A stretch of 64,000 nt of DNA from Anthoceros angustus (lineage: Eukaryota > Plantae > Anthocerotophyta), in the NCBI GenBank assembly GCA_010909165.1, contig MU008214.1, positions 197,905 to 261,904 on the forward strand, in the 5' to 3' direction. This document shows, piece after piece, positions 58,507 to 64,000 of this stretch; position 1 is the stretch's first letter, and every line of letters starts with the position of its first letter. The notes beneath the pieces were generated by a model. It saw nothing but the letters and a program-made list of their open reading frames with translations. It made no database searches and was not told the origin of the DNA. The translations under genes were made by a program, and so were the position numbers.

Positions 58507-61500
58507 TGAAAAGCTTTTGCACAAAGAGTTGTATGTAATGTATATAATACAAAGTACAAAGCCTATTTATAGGCGAGATGGTTAGGAGGTTAGGCGGTTA
58601 TAACTATAAGTTGTTGTAACCGCCAGGTAACCGCTAAGTAGTTATAACTACTATAACTACTATAACTACTAACTACTAACTACCCAATACCCTAGGTAGA
58701 TAATAATGTTTAAGTTATGGTGCCCTAATGAATAGTGCCCTAACCCTAATGTATTTCATCACTCCCACTCACTATGAATGTAGAGGTGAAAATTAGCTAC
58801 ATAATGAGTCTATATATGCTAATAAACTCCCACTAGAACAGAAATGAAAATGAAAATGAAAATGAATGCCTTAAAGACAAACATGATGCCCCCAACCCAA
58901 ATATCCACGTTAAAATCGTGGAGGGTACGGGGGTAAGTAGACATAAGAGCATTAAATAAATACACCCCACGTTCGATTCGTGAAAGAAGTGCCGTGGCGG
59001 TTAAGGCCGCGGGTATCTTCTTCTTCAAAACACACGGGGCCAAAGAAACAAGGAGCTCCTACCTGCAGCTATGGCGTCGCCATGATTCGCGGAAGCTGGC
59101 TTGTGCGGCGGCAGCAGGTAGCCGGCAGCGCCGCGTTACGCGGCACCGCGCCGCCGCGCGTGCCGTGGCGGCAGCGTGTGCCCGCAGCTCGCGGGCTCCA
59201 TCACCGCAGCGCCTATAAAATCGACGCACCATGGGGTCTGCGGCATCATTGGTGGTGGGCATGGGTAGCGCATCGATGTGGGCGCCCTCTCGGCGCTCGG
59301 ATGGCGGATTGGTATGGAAATTCCATCTTGTTGATGATTTCCGAGCGGATGTTGCGGTTGATGAATCGGTCGAAGGGTGATCAATAGATCTGTTGGTGAG
59401 AGGCGCCCTTGCATGGTACTTCCCCAATGAAAGCGTGTGGCCTCCCTTTCGATTGTCTTTGCGGTCTTGGGTGAAGACCTCTCGAGTTTCAAGGTGGTGA
59501 CAAGTCTCCACCACTCTGTCGAATCTTGTCGTATGAGAAGTACCTCATGTGCGGAAGGTTGGATAGAGATGCCGATCCGGTCTGTCTCAATCTGGTGTCG
59601 ACTCCAAAATTGGCTTCTCCATATCACCATAGTCGTCTTGAGGCGATTGTCAGGCCAACAAGACATCTATTGGTGAAGGAGAGGGAGAAAAACCAGTGCC
59701 TGAGCTTGTGGTCCTATCGGACTCCACCACCTGGGTCCAATCCAGCTTTCACATATCTGCATATGCTAAAGAGCCGGATGTTGAAGATAATGAGGTTACA
59801 AGTAAGATGCCGGTGTAGAAGGCCCTGCTTGTTGTTGTAGCAAGGTGCCCCCCGTTGAGAGGAGGAGGGCACCATCTTGTGAACCCTATAAGGGTGATTG
59901 TAACCTGTGAGGTAGGTATATAGCAGCTATTGAAATAAATTGTGATTTTTGCAGATTTATTTGGAGATAAATGTGGCAAAAAGGAAAAAGAAATGGAAAA
60001 TATGAAAAAGGAAGAAAATGAAAAAGGTATGCAAAACACTTTTTGTTAAACTACAAATGCACTATCATTTTTCCTCTAAAGCTAATATTTGTTCCTGTAG
60101 ATTTCTTTTGTGGCCCAGATGTAAAACAAGGAATCGGTAATATTGGGTTCTGGAAACCTGGAGAATTTCCTCGTGGAGACTATGAGAAGCTAACCTACAT
60201 AATCACTAATAAGAGAGGGGAATTTGGGTCAGATTTACCGCCTTGGAGTTACTTGTGCCCAGACAGGAATCCACATGCTGAGAATAACTTATGGCGATTG
60301 TATGGAGTTCCCAGGCCATATGATTCATGTCTACAGTGAGTTTTCTAGGGCTAAGAAAATTTAGGAATTAATGTTTATTTAGCTTAAATATATTTTAATA
60401 TTTTTAATCTATTTTCCAGAATGTTCTTCAACTCTCTATGGGGTAGAAGATTACTATGAATATCAGGAGTCTGAGGATGAAGACTCGGAGAACTTAGATT
60501 AGGCTGATAGGTTGAACTCTAGGCAGATGATTTGGACAGTGTATCTAATATGCCTAAACATTTCATGTGTTTTCTGTGGAGTTCTATTCCTAATGACTTT
60601 GTCAATAAATCAGCCGCGTTCTCTATAGTTTGAACATAACTAATGTCTATAGTTTTATCCTCTATTTTCTCTCTGATGTAATGGTATTCGACAGCAACAT
60701 GTTTAGTTCTAGAATGGAAGACAGGGTTCCTTGACAAGGCTATAGCTCCCTGACTATCACTTAACAACAAGGTAGGCTTTTCCTGCTTGTGATGGAGTTC
60801 ACTCAAAGCTAGCCTAGTCCAGACTATGTCTTTAGCAATCGAGGCGCATACTCCGACTCGCTTGACAAGGCTATGGTTGGTTGTTTCTTACTTGACCAGG
60901 ATATTGGTGCCCCACCCAATAGCGACGAACACACGGATCGGTGGTCACCAAAGATACGGCGTCGAAGTCGTTAATGTCAACGTCTTTATGCCTGGTGTAT
61001 ATTTGAATGTCAATCCTGTGTGCATAGTATCCTTGAGGTATCTAAATATGCGCTTAGTTGACATCCAATGTTCACGTCCTGGGTTCTCCAGGAATTGTGA
61101 ACAGGAGCTGACTTCGAAAGATATATCTGGACGAGTGAAGTTGGATAAATATATAAGTGTGCCAACAGCATGTCGATATGGAACTGCTGACATTTCCAAC
61201 TTGTCTTGTGCTGTCTTTGGACTCATATCCATGGTAAGCTAACCCGCTAGCAAAGGTGTAGGCGGGTTTCGCATCTTCAAGTCCAACTTGGTTAAACTCT
61301 CTTTAATGTACTTGGTTTGAACAATACTCAAAGTCTTGTTTTCGATCTCTAATAATGTTGACACCAAGTGCATATGTCATTTCTCCTAAATCGGACATTT
61401 CATAAAAGTCTTGAGCCGACTTTTGATCTCGGCTAGGAGTAAGAGAGTTTGTGGCCATGAATACACGAGAGCAATAGGTAAAGATATCATTGTCGATATT

Positions 61501-63990
61501 AGGATATACATGCATGCATCGGCATCACTTTGCGGAAGCCTCTTTTGATGAGTTTCACATGTATGTCCATATTCCAATTTTACCGATTGCTTGAGACCAT
61601 ACAAGCCTTTAATTAGTCTCGCATACCCAATCTTCCTTGCCTTTAACCTCATAACCTTCTTTTTTCATGTAGATTTCTTCTTGAAGACGGCCATAGAGAT
61701 ATCTTGTCTTCACATCCATCATATGAAGCTCAAGATCATGATGGTCACATGTAAGATTATTCTAAGGAAGCAAACTTTGCTACTGGAGCGAATGTGGCCC
61801 ATGGGAGGTAATCTAAACCCGGTATCTGGGTGAATCCCCTGGCCACAAGGCGTGCTTTGTATCTCTCAATGGAACCATCTCCTTTTCTCTTAATTTTGAA
61901 TACCCATTTGCTGGTGACTATCTTCCTACCCTTAGGTGGCTTAACCAATTCCCATGTAGAGTTGCTAATGAGAGAGTTATATTCTAATCTACTACCTTCC
62001 ATAAGTCTTTTCAGAAGAGAAAGCTTGTTTTAAGGTAAGAGGTTCTTCCGATCTATGGTTGCCTTGTATACAGCTTGTGAGTAAAGTGATACAGGGGAAT
62101 AGGATCATCAAAACAGCTAGATATCCTAAAGGAGGTTCCTTCCATCCCGCGGTCCGGGATTGCGGTGACGGTTCTTAAGTTGTACCTTTGTGTAGGTTCG
62201 TGCATCTTCCACGGAGCAGAACATCAATAGGATCATGGTCCATGTCATTCATCGGAGGGTCATCATGCTCTTCATCAAGAGTGTCAATGCTCCTCGACTT
62301 GAATGTTGTCGCCATCCGTGGTGTGTCATGTCGACTTGGGCTCATGGCGTCGACTCCTGAATCATGGCTGAGTTCCGCGACAGATGTCAGGTCTTCGCCC
62401 CATCGAGCCGCCCGAATTTTTTTGGCTTGTCTAACCAGCTGCTCGTGTGGTGAGAAATGGTCCAGAGGAGGGTGGAGGGATATCAAGAGAACAAGGAATG
62501 CAACAAGTTCGGAGACGAGGTGTTGGTGGCGCTTCATATTGAGATCTAGCTTGCGGAAAGTGTTGATATGGTGTTCGACGAGTCGATTCCTTCATCTTCG
62601 ATTGAAGAAGTTATCGCGGTCATCATACTCATCACATCTCTTGAAGAATATAATCGAGCAAGGTGATCCCACATCTGCTTAGAAGTTTTGCTTGACCGCA
62701 TTGTCTTACCATGTTAAGGGCTAGTCCACCGATCGAGGTCTTGAGCTTTTTCATCCTCGGCCCTGTGTTTGCTCTGAGCCCCACCGTGGTTTGGGTGTGG
62801 ACCCACTTACAACGTCCCATAGGTCTCGATTGAAAAGTGCAGATTCACAGCGCCAAACGCCATACGCCCGCCCATTGAATCTCCTTTCCTTCCTGCCACC
62901 ATAGTTGTGATTCACCAAGGTCGTACTTCATCTTTGGGTGGATCCTTCCTCTCCTCTCGATCGTCCACGCCGGAACCAGCCATTGCAGTGGTCACTATTT
63001 TAGAGAGTCGCGAAGCGCCTCGCATTTCCTCATCATCATGCAGAACATGCAAGGAGCAAGGCAAGAAGAAACCTTTCCAGATCCGTGTTTGTCGTGATGA
63101 CAAGCAGCGAAGGGAAAGTTTGTGATGAAGAACCAAGATGTTTGGATCAAGATGCTGGAGGCGCTTATTGAGATCACGCACTTCTCTTGCTAACTCCTCT
63201 ATGCTTGTTCGCGAGGGTGTGTTGATGGCGTGGTTCTCGCGAGAGTCTTTATCGAATCGGAAGTTTCTTGCTGTTGTTGTAACCCGCATTGGAGATAGGA
63301 AGAGGACCCGCTTGTAGATTTGGGATATGATCAAGAGCGAGTTCAATTGCTTTCACTTGACTTAAACTAAAGATAGTAAGCAAGTTTCTTCTAGCAATTT
63401 CTATCCGCCTCCTTGATCTTCTACTTTGATTAGAATAGAGCCAATGAAGTTAGCAATAAGTATGGAATCTCCTACTATCTTACTAGACTTCCTAGCAATT
63501 TAATCTTTGCATTCCTATATTCTATCTCTCTTGCACCTTAATCTTCTTCCAATAGCCTGTTTCTGCGAGGATTGAAGGATCCATCGTTGAAGCAAGGTGG
63601 TCAGCCTCGGGAATGCAACTCATCCCAAAGAGCGGACTAGAGGTGCGAGTGGGCGATACTGTGACGGGTCCTTAAGCGTTTGCCACCGCGGCTGTCTTGT
63701 GCGTTGCAGTAGTTAAGCGCGTGAATGTGTGCGTTGAGGACCGACGGACGCAAAGTAAGGCGAGAATCAGGCGCAAAGCGACTGTCATTCCCTTGGAGCG
63801 GACTCCTTCCTACAACGACAATTATGCGCGCCGTCTAGTCGCGCCACAAGCTATGATCGGAGTGATCTAAGACGCACCTAAGCCGATGTCGATGCACTAT
63901 GTGCTTCTCCGGTATCGGACATGCGTAAAATGGCTAAGTCCTTTCAAAACTATGGCTTGAAAAGAAAAATAACTAGGTTAGTTATGCTCG
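58507..63990 (-). mobile_element. Ty1/Copia element (same LTR/gag family as 7099-10560): gag fragment, PR/INT absent, RT-RNase H, 1.7 kb extra 3' region, PPT, 3' LTR 58507-58761
   Basis: gag homology at 62500-62880; [35 protein letters not shown]; LYGLKQS; TRPDI; SDSQGAI..RTKHVAVEYHYIRE..ADLLTK; PPT AGTGAGTGGGAG immediately before TGATGAAATAC. Confidence 0.85.
59955..60502 (+). CDS. putative spliced ORF antisense to the Copia, within its 3' extra region
   Basis: AT-rich GT-AG introns at 60027-60100 (with CTAAT branch motif) and 60336-60419; the first splices in frame (EKEMENMKKEENEK/DFFCGPDVKQG..WKPGEFPRGDY). No family recognised. Confidence 0.4.
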
Positions 63991-64000
63991 ATATATTTAA

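Noticed and set aside
59912-59954. Additional upstream intron for the antisense Copia gene
   Set aside because: Only 43 nt long, and the required phase places a stop codon immediately before the donor.

Overview
This is eukaryotic, repeat-rich nuclear DNA from a land plant, probably a non-seed plant (inferred from short 70-140 nt introns, an intron-containing PPO and the transposable element content). Host genes: a CYP85-clan (CYP716-like) P450, an uncharacterised SAM-dependent methyltransferase-like gene, a polyphenol oxidase, decayed PPR and GH1 beta-glucosidase fragments, an FPF1-like gene and a plastid pyruvate kinase. The rest is mostly mobile DNA: several Ty1/Copia elements, CRE-like RLE non-LTR retrotransposon pieces, CACTA/CCCTA-type ends, minisatellites, and three ~2 kb tandem duplications with junction microhomology. 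The most interesting signal is two decayed copies of an intron-containing Sola-like (DUF7869-type) DDE transposase, each near a prokaryote-type beta-class N4/N6 DNA amino-methyltransferase. In the fuller copy (51-58 kb) the methyltransferase follows a ParB/Sulfiredoxin-like domain, is transcribed divergently from the transposase, and carries a variant catalytic motif (D-x-P-R instead of DPPY). Many TE ORFs contain small indels that could be decay or consensus errors. All family assignments come from motif recognition by eye; no database search was run.
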